Positions 1-9,443 of a DNA stretch of 56,919 nt are shown here, piece after piece. The notes under the pieces are model-generated. The model had not been told where the DNA came from. It saw only the letters and a program-made list of their open reading frames with translations, and made no database searches. Source of the DNA: an uncultured Akkermansia sp. Its GTDB lineage: Bacteria > Verrucomicrobiota > Verrucomicrobiia > Verrucomicrobiales > Akkermansiaceae. Where the stretch lies: NCBI GenBank assembly GCA_964370355.1, contig CAYJJA010000003.1, positions 1 to 56,919 of the forward strand, given 5' to 3'. A program made the translations under genes and the position numbers. Each line of letters begins with the position of its first letter. The stretch's first letter is position 1.

Positions 1-1091
1 AAGCGCGGGTTGGGCATCTTGATGCTGATGACCGCGATGAGGCCTTCGCGGACATCCTCGCCGGAGAGGGCGTTGTCCTTCTCCTTGAGAATAATGTTCT
101 GCTTTGCGTAGGCGTTGATGGCGCGAGTGAGCGCGCCGCGGAAGCCGGTGAGGTGCGTGCCGCCGTCGCCATTGAAGATGGAGTTCGCGTAGCAGAGGAT
201 CTGATCCTGATAGGTGTTGTTGTACTGGAGCACGACATCGACGATGACATCGTCTTCCATGGTCTTGCCGTCGTAATCGACCTCAATGTGGCGTACGCCT
301 GAGATGGCGATGGGGTCGGGGGTGATGAGTTGTTTGTTCTCTCCTAGCTGTTTGACGTATTCGCGTATACCGTCTTTGTAGAGGAAGACCTCGCGGCGTT
401 CGTTCTCGGGGTGCTCGTCGCTGAGCTCGATGATGAGCCCTGGATTCAAGAAGGCGAGCTCGCGGAGGCGGCGCGCCAAGCGGTCGAATTCAAAGTCGAT
501 GGTCTCGGTAAAGATGGTCGCATCGGGGAAGAAAGAAATCGTCGTGCCCGTCACATTCTCGGGGCAGGAGCCCACGACGTGCAGCTTCTCGGTGGTCTTG
601 CCGCGCTCGAACTTGATCACATGGCGCTGACCGCCGCGGCGTACCTCTGCCTTGAACCAATCCGAGAGCGCGTTCACACACTTCGCCCCCACACCGTGGA
701 GGCCGCCCGAGTACTTGTAAGCCCCCTGTCCGAACTTGCCACCCGCATGCAGATTCGTCAGCACGAGCTCGACGGCGGGTACGCCAAACTTCGGATGCAT
801 ATCAACAGGGATACCGCGACCGTTGTCCACGACGGAGATAGACCCATCCACATGAATGACGATATCAATCTTGCTGCAATAGCCCGCCAGATGCTCATCA
901 ATCGAGTTGTCCAGCACCTCAAACACACAGTGGTGCAAGCCCCTCACATCTGGGTCACCGATGTACATCCCCGGACGCTTGCGCACAGCCTCCAAGCCTT
1001 CGAGTTTGTCAATCTGGGCAGCGCCGTATTCTTCCTGTGCTCCTGTCGCGATCAATCGCTCCTCTTGAGAGCTCGTACTTTCATCGGTCAT
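1..1091 (-). CDS. gyrB: DNA gyrase subunit B, 5' part (runs off window start)
   Basis: Manual minus-strand translation from ATG at 1091: MTDESTSSQEER...YGAAQIDKLEGLEAVRKRPGMYIG...LHHCVFEVLDNSIDE, with later DNGRGIPV, SGGLHGVGAKCVNALS and GGTHLTGFR GHKL-ATPase motifs. Absent from the ORF track because it has no stop in the window. Confidence 0.95.
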   Translation of the reverse strand, partial: MTDESTSSQEERLIATGAQEEYGAAQIDKLEGLEAVRKRPGMYIGDPDVRGLHHCVFEVLDNSIDEHLAGYCSKIDIVIHVDGSISVVDNGRGIPVDMHPKFGVPAVELVLTNLHAGGKFGQGAYKYSGGLHGVGAKCVNALSDWFKAEVRRGGQRHVIKFERGKTTEKLHVVGSCPENVTGTTISFFPDATIFTETIDFEFDRLARRLRELAFLNPGLIIELSDEHPENERREVFLYKDGIREYVKQLGENKQLITPDPIAISGVRHIEVDYDGKTMEDDVIVDVVLQYNNTYQDQILCYANSIFNGDGGTHLTGFRGALTRAINAYAKQNIILKEKDNALSGEDVREGLIAVISIKMPNPR

Positions 1092-1185
1092 AGTTGAGCC
1101 TAGTATACGCGCGTGCGCGTGATATGTCACGCAAAAATCACGTCATTTGGGGCGAAGATGAGTAAATCCTATCAAATTAGGGGTA

Positions 1186-1635
1186 TTATTCCCTCATGAC
1201 CGTCACAAAGAGCTCAAGCATCGCCGCATAGTCAGCCTTGCTCAGCACGATGGGCGCATAATCTGCATTATCGCCGAGATCGGTGTGGATGTTGAGTGAG
1301 AGCCTGCGCTTGTCGGGGAGATGCAGCTCCCATGTATGCGTATAGATACGCGCGGCTCGCAGCAGCGGCATGTCTTTTTGTGTTGTCCCTGCCTTGGCGC
1401 GTGCGAGGATATTGAGGAGCTGTTGCTGGGCTTGGGGGCTGAGCTTGGCAGATCGGCGATCCTTGGGGTTCTTGTGATGCGTGACAGCCGCGGTGACGCT
1501 GAGGGCTTGCTGGGCATCCTTGAGGCAGGCTCGCACATCGGCATCGCTTTTGAAGCTGGGCCAATAAATCGCATGGAGGGGAGACAGGCTCGCGAGGAGG
1601 CAGGCTGCGATAAGGTATAGACGTATCTGTGTCAT
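1186..1635 (-). CDS. secreted hypothetical protein, tandem paralog copy 1
   Basis: 149 aa with a signal peptide ending ...LSPLHA; near-identical N-terminal half to the next gene. Confidence 0.8.
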   Translation of the reverse strand: MTQIRLYLIAACLLASLSPLHAIYWPSFKSDADVRACLKDAQQALSVTAAVTHHKNPKDRRSAKLSPQAQQQLLNILARAKAGTTQKDMPLLRAARIYTHTWELHLPDKRRLSLNIHTDLGDNADYAPIVLSKADYAAMLELFVTVMRE

Positions 1636-2161
1636 GATCTTATTCCTTGTTGATGTCGGATATTTGTTGAGAGCTATTTGCTCTCCATCGCCGTCTCAAA
1701 GAGGTGGAGCATATCGGCGTAGTCTGCCTTGCTCAGCCCGATGGGCGCATAATCTGGATTATCGCCGATGTCCTTGTGAATGTCGAGAGAGAGCCTGCGC
1801 TTATCGGGCAAGGTGAGCTCCCATGTATGCCTGTAGATGCGCTCTCGCTTGATGACTCGCTTCATGTCTTCTTGTGTTCTCCCAGCCTTGGCGCGTGCAA
1901 GGATCTGGAGGAGCTGTTGCTGGGCTTGGGGACTGAGCTTGGCAGATCGGCGATCCTTGGGGTTCTTGTGATGCGTGACAGCCGCGGTGACGCTGAGGGC
2001 TTGCTGGGCATCCTTGAGGCAGGCTCGCACATCGGCATCGCTTTTGAAGCTGGGCCAATAAATCGCATGGAGGGGAGAGAGGCTTGCAAGGAGGCAGGCT
2101 GCAATGAGGTATAGACGTGTCTGTGTCATGATCTTATTCATTGTTGATATTCGATATTTGT
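1200..2161. repeat. tandem gene duplication, period about 494 bp
   Basis: 1414-1584 vs 1908-2078 differ at one base; the upstream leader (atgatcttattc..ttgttgat..gatatttgt) is duplicated too. Confidence 0.9.
1674..2129 (-). CDS. secreted hypothetical protein, tandem paralog copy 2
   Basis: The ATG at 2129 aligns with the copy-1 start (494-bp period); an alternative start lies at 2141; signal peptide present. Confidence 0.8.
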   Translation of the reverse strand: MTQTRLYLIAACLLASLSPLHAIYWPSFKSDADVRACLKDAQQALSVTAAVTHHKNPKDRRSAKLSPQAQQQLLQILARAKAGRTQEDMKRVIKRERIYRHTWELTLPDKRRLSLDIHKDIGDNPDYAPIGLSKADYADMLHLFETAMESK

Positions 2162-2351
2162 AGAGTGTTGAGAGACTGAGTTTCTGCGCTCTAACTTAGT
2201 GCTAAGGATACTCAAAATAGGGCTCTCTGTCAGCAAAAAACTCTCTTTTGGAAAAAAATCTTGCAATGACGGCGTAAATCCTATACGCTCACTTTATTCA
2301 AGGCGTTAGCCTTGAACTTTACTACCTTATCTAACTATTTATCAATCACGT

Positions 2352-3740
2352 ATGAAAAATCTTCATTTTATCGGCATCTGCGGGACAGCCATGGGAGCCT
2401 TCGCCTCCGCCATGGCTCGTCAAGGCTATCGCATCACAGGCAGTGATGCCCATGCCTATGACCCCATGAAGTCCTTTCTTGAGCAAGAGGGCGTCACCCT
2501 GATTGAGGGCTTTGATGGGAGCAATATTGCTGCCGATACCGATATCGTCATTATTGGCAATGCTATGAGCCGTGGCAATCCCGAGGTGGAGGCGACGCTG
2601 GAGCGCCACCTACGCTTTATGAGTCTCCCCGAGGCGATCAAGGAATTCTTCCTCTGGAAGCGTCACAACTACGTCGTGACAGGCACGCATGGCAAGACGA
2701 CGACGACTTCCCTACTCGCATGGCTCTTGGAGAGCAGCGGCTTGAATCCGAACTTCCTCATAGGTGGGATTGCACGCAACTTCAAGCGCGGCGGCCGCTT
2801 TGGCGACTCGCGCTACACTGTGCTGGAGGGGGATGAGTATGATACGGCCTTTTTTGACAAGCGTTCCAAGTTTCACCACTACCTGCCCGAGGTGGTGATT
2901 GTCAATAATATCGAGTGGGATCACGTCGATATCTTCCCCGATGTCGAGGCGATTAAGAAATCCTTTTCCTACATGCTGCGCCTCATCCCCAGCACGGGCT
3001 GCGCTCTGGTCAATGCCGACTGTCCCAACTGCCGCGCCGTGGTCGCAAGCGCACCTCCCGAGGTGCCTATTCGCCTCGTAGGCAAGGCTGCTGATGCCGA
3101 TATTCGCATCGAGGATATAGAATACCGTGAGCATAGCAGCAGCTTCACGCTGCAAGGGACGCGCTACACGACCCCCATGGCGGGCGAGTTTAATGTCTAC
3201 AACGCCGCTATGGCGACGGCTGCGGCTCTCTGCGCGGGGCTGACTCCTGAGCAGATTGCAGCGGGTTTTGAAGGCTTTCTCGGCATAGCGAGACGCCAAG
3301 AGCTGCGCGGCACGGAGCGCGACGTACACGTCATTGACGACTTTGCCCACCATCCTACAGCAATAGCGCAGTCCATACGCGCCGCGCGTCAGCGTTATCC
3401 CGAGCGACGCATCATCGCTATTTTTGACCCGCGTAGCAACACGACAGGGTCGAATACCTTTGAGCCTCAGCTTGCGACCGCTCTTGCTGAGGCTGACTAC
3501 GCCATTGTAGCTCCCGTCGAGCGCGCCCATAAGATAGGCGAGAATCTCCTTGACATGGCGCAGCTGCGCTCAGATATCAACAAGGAGGGCACGCCCTGCT
3601 ACACCGCCTCTGGTGTCGATGATATCGTCTCGCATATTGTCCCTGAGACGCGCGAAGGGGATGTGCTGCTAGTTATGAGTAATGGAGGCTTTGGAGGCAT
3701 CCACAACAAGCTGCTCGCAGCACTGCGCGAGCATGATTAG
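2352..3740 (+). CDS. mpl: UDP-MurNAc:L-Ala-gamma-D-Glu-mDAP ligase (murein peptide ligase)
   Basis: HFIGICGTAMG, GNAMSRGNPEVE, GTHGKTTTTS, EGDEYDTAFFDKRSKF, DDFAHHPTAI and VMSNGGFGGIH motifs. Confidence 0.92.
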   Translation: MKNLHFIGICGTAMGAFASAMARQGYRITGSDAHAYDPMKSFLEQEGVTLIEGFDGSNIAADTDIVIIGNAMSRGNPEVEATLERHLRFMSLPEAIKEFFLWKRHNYVVTGTHGKTTTTSLLAWLLESSGLNPNFLIGGIARNFKRGGRFGDSRYTVLEGDEYDTAFFDKRSKFHHYLPEVVIVNNIEWDHVDIFPDVEAIKKSFSYMLRLIPSTGCALVNADCPNCRAVVASAPPEVPIRLVGKAADADIRIEDIEYREHSSSFTLQGTRYTTPMAGEFNVYNAAMATAAALCAGLTPEQIAAGFEGFLGIARRQELRGTERDVHVIDDFAHHPTAIAQSIRAARQRYPERRIIAIFDPRSNTTGSNTFEPQLATALAEADYAIVAPVERAHKIGENLLDMAQLRSDINKEGTPCYTASGVDDIVSHIVPETREGDVLLVMSNGGFGGIHNKLLAALREHD

Positions 3741-3782
3741 AATCATTGATATTCAGAATACCCGACTTTAGCAACGCGGGTT

Positions 3783-3883
3783 TATCATTACTATGCTAAT
3801 AGGTTAACTATAGCCTGCGTATTGGATTAGCTAATCAAGTACGCAGGCCGTTGTTCCAGCATTAACCCCAGCCAAAGTAATAA
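3783..3883. repeat. palindromic MITE/REP-like element (short copy)
   Basis: GCCTGCGTATTGGATTAG|CTAATCAAGTACGCAGGC hairpin; the right arm 3831-3883 matches 19695-19747. Confidence 0.7.
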
Positions 3884-3892
3884 GACATCATT

Positions 3893-5554
3893 CTATTTTT
3901 TGCTCAGACGCAAACGATGAAGATTCGTTCTTCCTATTGTTTGAACCTCATAATGTACAGTTTTTATCTTTGAAATTTCGTATATGACCTTTTTTATATA
4001 GTCAGTATCTTCAACAAAAGAGATAATCGTACACTCCTTTAGATCTTTGTATTTCGTTTCGAGTAGGGTAGATGCATACTGTGGGTTGAGCCTGAAATTA
4101 TAATCTAGAGCTACACTTGATGAGACAAAGTAGGCTCCCCAATTGATATGCACGAAAACATTTTCTTGGGGGCGTAATATTTCCTTTATAACTGAAAGCA
4201 TTTCTGCGCTATTTTTGTCGGTAAAAATGCGCTGCCCCGGCATTGGATAAATTTGATCAGAATGCCTTTGTTTAAACCAATTTGGCATATAAGATGTACA
4301 GATAAAATTGGCAAATGCAAAGAATAAACATGCAACACTCAGTGTGCGTTTACTTTTAGATTCTCTTGGTAAAGAGAAAACATAAAGCAGTGGCGCATAA
4401 TAGCAAGTATACTCCCACGCTCTTACATGGAAAGGACGAATCGAACCAAATGAGAGGAATAAAGGTAAACAGAGGATGAAAATCCATAACAGCTTTTCTC
4501 TCCAAGATACACTCTTATCACTTAGTTTTATAATGTAAGCAAAACCCACTAAGCTACAGAAGAATATAAATGACGATGTCGAAAAGTAATGCATATCATT
4601 GATAAGATATGAGGAGCTTTTGAATGGTAGTGTAAAGACATCGCAAACTAACATTAGAATTATGATAGATATTCCAATTGGTATTAAGATTATAATAGAA
4701 CGCAATGCATTTGATGTACTTTTTATATACATCTGATAGCCCGTACACCAAACTAGCCCTCCTGCAAAAAAAGAAGCAAGAATAACTATCAGGGATTTGA
4801 GAATCCAAGTTACAAGAAAAATGAGACCGTATCCAGCACTTCCAGCATTTTTACTAGTGATATAAACTTCTTTAATTTGTTCAGTATAAGTCCAGAAATT
4901 GACGTAGTAGGAGAAATAAACGATTAGGAAAATAATAGCACCTACAGATAGCCAAAACAGAGAGCTTACTCTCCTCGTCCATATAGAAACTAAAATGCAT
5001 GTCAGAGCAACTAGTGATACATTAGTAGGGATAACAAATAGTAAAGGAGTAAAGCAAAAGCCACTTAGAACAAATAAAAAACGTGTATGCACTCCACTCA
5101 GCGCAATGAGAAGAGAAGCGAGAGCAAGGTTAACACATATCTCATTCATATTGATGTAGTTTGGTGTGTTAATTGGCTCATGTATGAATGAGAATGATAT
5201 GAGCCATACAAAAATTATACCCACTGATTTAATAGAGTTCGCATATCCAAAATGTGATAAAATTTTATAAAATCCAAACGCTAAATAAAAATAGCTGAGT
5301 AAGGATATTGTATAATTTGCGACTCGATAACTTAATATATCATTCAGAAATGCTTTATCATAAAGCACGAAAAACTGCGTAGCCAACGACTGCTGCGGAA
5401 TATCTCTTAGGAGGGTCGCATACCATCCGTCGTCAGATAAAATAAAACCTTGATCAAGCCCATTTAGCGTCAAGACTATGATGATGAATGAAAATACTAT
5501 AGGCATCAGGCAGGTAAGGACTTGATCTTTAAAAAATGGAATTTTTTTTAGCAT
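3893..5554 (-). CDS. AT-rich polytopic membrane protein, probable GT-C-like glycan transferase/modifier
   Basis: About 12 hydrophobic segments; acidic DDGWY motif in the first loop after TM1; soluble C-terminal tail; next to a glycosyltransferase. Confidence 0.5.
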   Translation of the reverse strand: MLKKIPFFKDQVLTCLMPIVFSFIIIVLTLNGLDQGFILSDDGWYATLLRDIPQQSLATQFFVLYDKAFLNDILSYRVANYTISLLSYFYLAFGFYKILSHFGYANSIKSVGIIFVWLISFSFIHEPINTPNYINMNEICVNLALASLLIALSGVHTRFLFVLSGFCFTPLLFVIPTNVSLVALTCILVSIWTRRVSSLFWLSVGAIIFLIVYFSYYVNFWTYTEQIKEVYITSKNAGSAGYGLIFLVTWILKSLIVILASFFAGGLVWCTGYQMYIKSTSNALRSIIILIPIGISIIILMLVCDVFTLPFKSSSYLINDMHYFSTSSFIFFCSLVGFAYIIKLSDKSVSWREKLLWIFILCLPLFLSFGSIRPFHVRAWEYTCYYAPLLYVFSLPRESKSKRTLSVACLFFAFANFICTSYMPNWFKQRHSDQIYPMPGQRIFTDKNSAEMLSVIKEILRPQENVFVHINWGAYFVSSSVALDYNFRLNPQYASTLLETKYKDLKECTIISFVEDTDYIKKVIYEISKIKTVHYEVQTIGRTNLHRLRLSKK

Positions 5555-5782
5555 GAAATTTTATATATTAATGTGGTCTTTTTTGCTCTATACAATTAGC
5601 GTAAATACGATAGGGAAAATGCCGACTCCAGAGACAGCCGTATGTTATCATTTCTTGGATAATTTGCAAGTCATTAATTTTCCAACAGTCTCTTGAGTTA
5701 TTTTGTTGGTGTTAATATTCTGTGTATTTGATAATATAAGTTTTGAATTTGCGATTTTTTGTGTACGCTTAATTAGAGCTCA

Positions 5783-6763
5783 TTAAGGTCGCTCTTTCAG
5801 CCGCTGCTTTATTTGATGAGCTATCGGCAAGATACGTTCATCTAATACTTCATTTAAATCATTCATATCAAAGAACTGTCTCGCTATAGTGATTGATTCG
5901 AATTTAGGTTTGTTTTGTTGCTTAGTTGCATCACCTCTTGTATTTTTATTACAAAACTCCTCCCAGCTCTTGCAGTAATAGTGATTGCACTGACCTTCTG
6001 ATTCCGTTAAGATTAGCGTATTACCTATAACAAAAGATCTGTGCAACCAGCTTGCTATTGTTAAGTGCGGTTGAAAGATAGATTTCATGCCATCGTGCAG
6101 ATTTGAAAAAGTAGCACTCCTATATAAGAAGTTTTCGGTTAATAAGCCCTCTGGTCGTGTTTCATGTTTCGAAGAGCCAAATAAAAACCAGCGCAGTGAA
6201 ATTTGGCTATATTCATGTTCATATCTTTTTAGCAAATCTACTAATGACCCTTGATTGCATAGCATGAACTCGTCTGAGTCAATGAGCATCATCCATCGGG
6301 TTGTGTGACCAAAGCGTGCCAAACAATCCATACACATCTCTTCTTGACGTGCATCTCCACTGAAGTTAATGTAGGTAACAAGACTCTTTTCTTCATAGTA
6401 TTTGAGTCGTTGTTTTAGATCATCATTGCTACCATTATCATAAATATAGAAATGCTCGACGCCAATTAATAAATAGTATTCGAGCCATTCTTCAATATAG
6501 GATGCTTCATCTTTAATTATAAGAGAGGTACATAAATAATATTGATTCTTCGGTTTCTCTCCTGATTTTCTGACTTGTTCGCAATAGGTGACAGATTGCT
6601 GAATTTGTTTTTTAAAACGCTTGTTGATAATGTTTTTTATACTGGCGAAGTCATAATATTCTTTGAGAGTTGATTTATAGCGCGTGTTCCCATAATGCAC
6701 TCGAACCATTATTTCTGAAAATAAGGAACGAAGAAGAGGTTTAAATTTATAGAAGATATTCAT
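5783..6763 (-). CDS. glycosyltransferase, GT92/DUF23 (GT2-like) family
   Basis: IIKDEASYIEEWLEYYLLIGVEHFYIYDNGSND, DSDEF (DxD), KSI and NHYYCKSWEEF motifs; AT-rich. Confidence 0.8.
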   Translation of the reverse strand: MNIFYKFKPLLRSLFSEIMVRVHYGNTRYKSTLKEYYDFASIKNIINKRFKKQIQQSVTYCEQVRKSGEKPKNQYYLCTSLIIKDEASYIEEWLEYYLLIGVEHFYIYDNGSNDDLKQRLKYYEEKSLVTYINFSGDARQEEMCMDCLARFGHTTRWMMLIDSDEFMLCNQGSLVDLLKRYEHEYSQISLRWFLFGSSKHETRPEGLLTENFLYRSATFSNLHDGMKSIFQPHLTIASWLHRSFVIGNTLILTESEGQCNHYYCKSWEEFCNKNTRGDATKQQNKPKFESITIARQFFDMNDLNEVLDERILPIAHQIKQRLKERP

Positions 6764-6952
6764 AGATTGACTGTTGATATTTTGAAGTGATCGTTATAGA
6801 ACCTTTGATGATGTAATTTTTCTGCAGAACACTCGTCCTAGACTCTGTGATACGTTTGCGTAGGCATTCACCTTTAGGAAAAGCGAGAAACGTAACGTCT
6901 GTTGCCTTGTTGGCTTTTGAGCGGGTGAAACAAGCAATATCCGAGTAGGCAC

Positions 6953-6980
6953 ATTATATCATAGCAAAGTTGCTTTGCAA
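6953..6980 (-). promoter_or_regulatory. sigma70-type promoter for the GT92-like gene
   Basis: TTGCAA-16 bp-TATAAT with an extended TGn on the minus strand; implies a leader of about 185 nt. Confidence 0.55.
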
Positions 6981-7210
6981 GTTTCTAGTTTGATCAGAAA
7001 AAATAATTAGAGAGAACTTTGCTTGCCGTATTGCCGAAGGGGAGCTTAGAGGGGGCTTTTTAATGGGCTATAGTCAGCTCTACAATGCGCCATGGGAGTG
7101 AAGCTCACTCAGATAGAGCTCCAGCTTGGATTTCACATTGTTTTGTTTTCGTTATTCAGCTTTGCATGCATGCTCGAGTGAACGCATTACTTGTTTCTTC
7201 TATTGTGTAC

Positions 7211-7241
7211 AAAAAAGCCGCCCAGATAGATCTGAGCGGCT
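7211..7241 (-). terminator. intrinsic terminator after rpmF
   Basis: AGCCGCTCAGA-TCTA-TCTGGGCGGCT followed by a T run on the minus strand. Confidence 0.75.
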
Positions 7242-7274
7242 GATAAAAGAAAACGTGATAGAGGGGGGGGGATC

Positions 7275-7466
7275 TTAGTCAACAAGCTTGACGATGATCT
7301 CAACTCCCTTGTGGTTGACGTAGACGCCACTGCTGGCGCATGCGGTGTGACCTGGTCTTGCGGCACCCGTTTTGGGGCACTTGCCAAGGAGAGGTGCTTT
7401 CCAAGCCTGCGCGGCCAGACGGGAGCGCTGCTTCATCTTCGATGTTCTGCGTTTTGGAGCTGCCAT
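7275..7466 (-). CDS. rpmF: 50S ribosomal protein L32
   Basis: [17 protein letters not shown]-terminus; lies downstream of yceD. Confidence 0.92.
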   Translation of the reverse strand: MAAPKRRTSKMKQRSRLAAQAWKAPLLGKCPKTGAARPGHTACASSGVYVNHKGVEIIVKLVD

Positions 7467-7569
7467 AATATGTATTTGTTAAGATGGTTACGATAAAGTA
7501 CTGTAGTATACGCGAAAAGGAGTTATATAGCTGCTCGATCGACCTTGCATGGGGGGGAAGTCACATCCC

Positions 7570-8061
7570 TTAGCCGCGATTCGGCAGCTCATCCAAAGCA
7601 TCCCAGACACTTTCTCTATTTGCGGTCGCGGATTCTACACCCGATTGAGGGTCTTTGTCCAGTCTAAAATCAAGAATTTGCTCATTTATTTCACAATCAT
7701 TACCAGCTAGCTCGCACTTCGGGTAGTGCGGGAGCTCAAGCAAGAGCTCGTCTCGCAGCTCATCGCTCAGATCCACACTCAGCTTTTGGCTCACATCCTC
7801 ACTGATAGCGATAGACCCTAGTGCCACGGTGTACTCCACTGCTGCTAGGCAGCGCACACAGGCAGAGCGAAAGTCCGCCTCAATGCTGCCATGAGCCAGC
7901 AGCTCCGAGTCAAAGAGCTGCACCTGCAAATCATAGCGTAGCGGGCTCACACACTCCACATCCCCTTCCTCGAGTCCAAAGAGCGAGGCATCCAGCATCC
8001 CGACGAGATGCAGCCCCTCGGGCGGGAAGTCTTCTAGCGAAATAATCAAGCGCGTATCCAT
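7570..8061 (-). CDS. yceD: YceD/DUF177 family protein
   Basis: CVRCL, DLSDELRDELLLELPHYPKC and WDALDEL motifs; classic position upstream of rpmF. Confidence 0.85.
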   Translation of the reverse strand: MDTRLIISLEDFPPEGLHLVGMLDASLFGLEEGDVECVSPLRYDLQVQLFDSELLAHGSIEADFRSACVRCLAAVEYTVALGSIAISEDVSQKLSVDLSDELRDELLLELPHYPKCELAGNDCEINEQILDFRLDKDPQSGVESATANRESVWDALDELPNRG

Positions 8062-8120
8062 GGCTCTACTCTATCCTCTCGCCCTCGATGAGGCAAGCCC
8101 TTTTTCCTTCTCACGCAGAT

Positions 8121-8157
8121 AAAAGCAAACGCGCCCTTGTGAGAGCAAGGGCGCGTT
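8121..8157 (-). terminator. intrinsic terminator after the prepilin-type gene
   Basis: AACGCGCCCTTG / CAAGGGCGCGTT inverted repeat with a T-rich tail on the minus strand. Confidence 0.75.
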
Positions 8158-8206
8158 CTAATCTTAGGAGAGAGGTTGTGTGTTGTTATCTATAAGGTAA
8201 ATTTTC

Positions 8207-8968
8207 TTAGAGCTCAGGAGTGAGAGCCATGAACTTGCCAGCGGTGCTGCGACCACGGCGATCTTCGGGGTACATGGAGGCATCCTTGAGTGTGCCCTTT
8301 TCTTCGTCCATATCGGAGTCTTGGACATCATCCTCCATATTGGTGATGGAGTTGTCTGTCTTCCAGACCATGAAGTTGCCCATGAAGGAGGCATAGTCGA
8401 TGGTGACATCATCGGCCATGTAGGGCTCGCTAGAGGGATAGAGCGAGGTGACGACGAGGGGCATGATACGGCTGCCTGTGACACTGTTCTTCATCGCAGG
8501 ATCATCTGTATTTCTCTGCATGATGTAGGACATACCGTTCTCACCAGGCTCAAGAGCGCGGCCATTGGCGATCTTGTCATCGCCTTCTACGGTCTTTTTG
8601 TTGGCGACATCAAGCTTGGCAAAGAAGATCTTCTCGCTCATGTTGGCGGGATTGTAGAAGAGCTGGCGGAAGTAGGCATTGGAGTTGTTGCCACGCAGCT
8701 CGCCAAAGTTGAACTCAGGCTTCTTGTCGAGGAGGACATCTGCGGTCTCATCACAGGGATAGCTGTTGTAGTCATCTTTGAAGTCCTTGAGCATCGTGCC
8801 CACCTGCTTGAGGTTTTCAATAGCTTTGGCACGGTCACCTGCGTTGCGCTGGCTCATGATAAGGGGGTAGCCAATTGAGCCTAAGACTCCGAGAATGGCG
8901 ATAACGACGATAAGCTCCACAAGGGTGAAGCCTTTCTTCTGACGGGCGGAAGTGTATAATGATTTCAT
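8207..8968 (-). CDS. prepilin-type N-terminal cleavage/methylation protein (type IV pilin / T2SS pseudopilin-like)
   Basis: RQKKG|FTLVELIVVIAILGVLGSIG class III signal with Glu5. Confidence 0.85.
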   Translation of the reverse strand: MKSLYTSARQKKGFTLVELIVVIAILGVLGSIGYPLIMSQRNAGDRAKAIENLKQVGTMLKDFKDDYNSYPCDETADVLLDKKPEFNFGELRGNNSNAYFRQLFYNPANMSEKIFFAKLDVANKKTVEGDDKIANGRALEPGENGMSYIMQRNTDDPAMKNSVTGSRIMPLVVTSLYPSSEPYMADDVTIDYASFMGNFMVWKTDNSITNMEDDVQDSDMDEEKGTLKDASMYPEDRRGRSTAGKFMALTPEL

Positions 8969-9158
8969 GGAGAAAAGGGCGATTAATGTACTAATCTATA
9001 TATCACATCTGCCCTCTCCTTGCAAGTATCAAAGTGAATTCAGTTAGATTTTCTGTTATTATTTCCCTAGTTAAAGAAAAGTGTGTTTAGTGCGTTCGAG
9101 TATTGCGATTGCTGTCTTCGCTGTGTTACAATCTGCTATACGCGATAGTAGCTAGCTT

Positions 9159-9443
9159 ATGAAAATAACAATAAAAGCAAACCCCGGTGCAAAGAAAAAC
9201 GCTCTCGTGGGCTGGGAGAGCCACCCCGACTGCCAGACACGCGTCCTGCGTGTCAAAATAGCAGCCCCTCCCCTAGAAGGCAAGGCGAATAAAGAGCTCA
9301 TCTCCTACCTCGCACGCTGCCTCCAGATGCGCAAATCCGCCCTCACCCTGATCCATGGTGAGAGCGGACGGCTCAAGATCATCGAGCTGCCCGATGAGGC
9401 AGCCGAGCGGCTCAATAGCTTGCTCAGTGAGCCTTCGAGCTGA
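9159..9443 (+). CDS. DUF167/YggU family protein
   Basis: KANPGAKKN, LRVKIAAPPLEGKANKELISYLA and GESGRLKII motifs. Confidence 0.88.
   Translation: MKITIKANPGAKKNALVGWESHPDCQTRVLRVKIAAPPLEGKANKELISYLARCLQMRKSALTLIHGESGRLKIIELPDEAAERLNSLLSEPSS

Noticed and set aside
411..1097. 228-aa plus-strand ORF
   Set aside because: Antisense shadow of gyrB, which the ORF track misses because it runs off the window.
1186..2129. Possible diversity-generating retroelement TR/VR pair
   Set aside because: Differences are not adenine-specific, both copies are full genes, and there is no reverse transcriptase in the window.
7000..7200. Possible tRNA or ncRNA in the intergenic gap
   Set aside because: No cloverleaf, T-loop motif or convincing stems found by eye.
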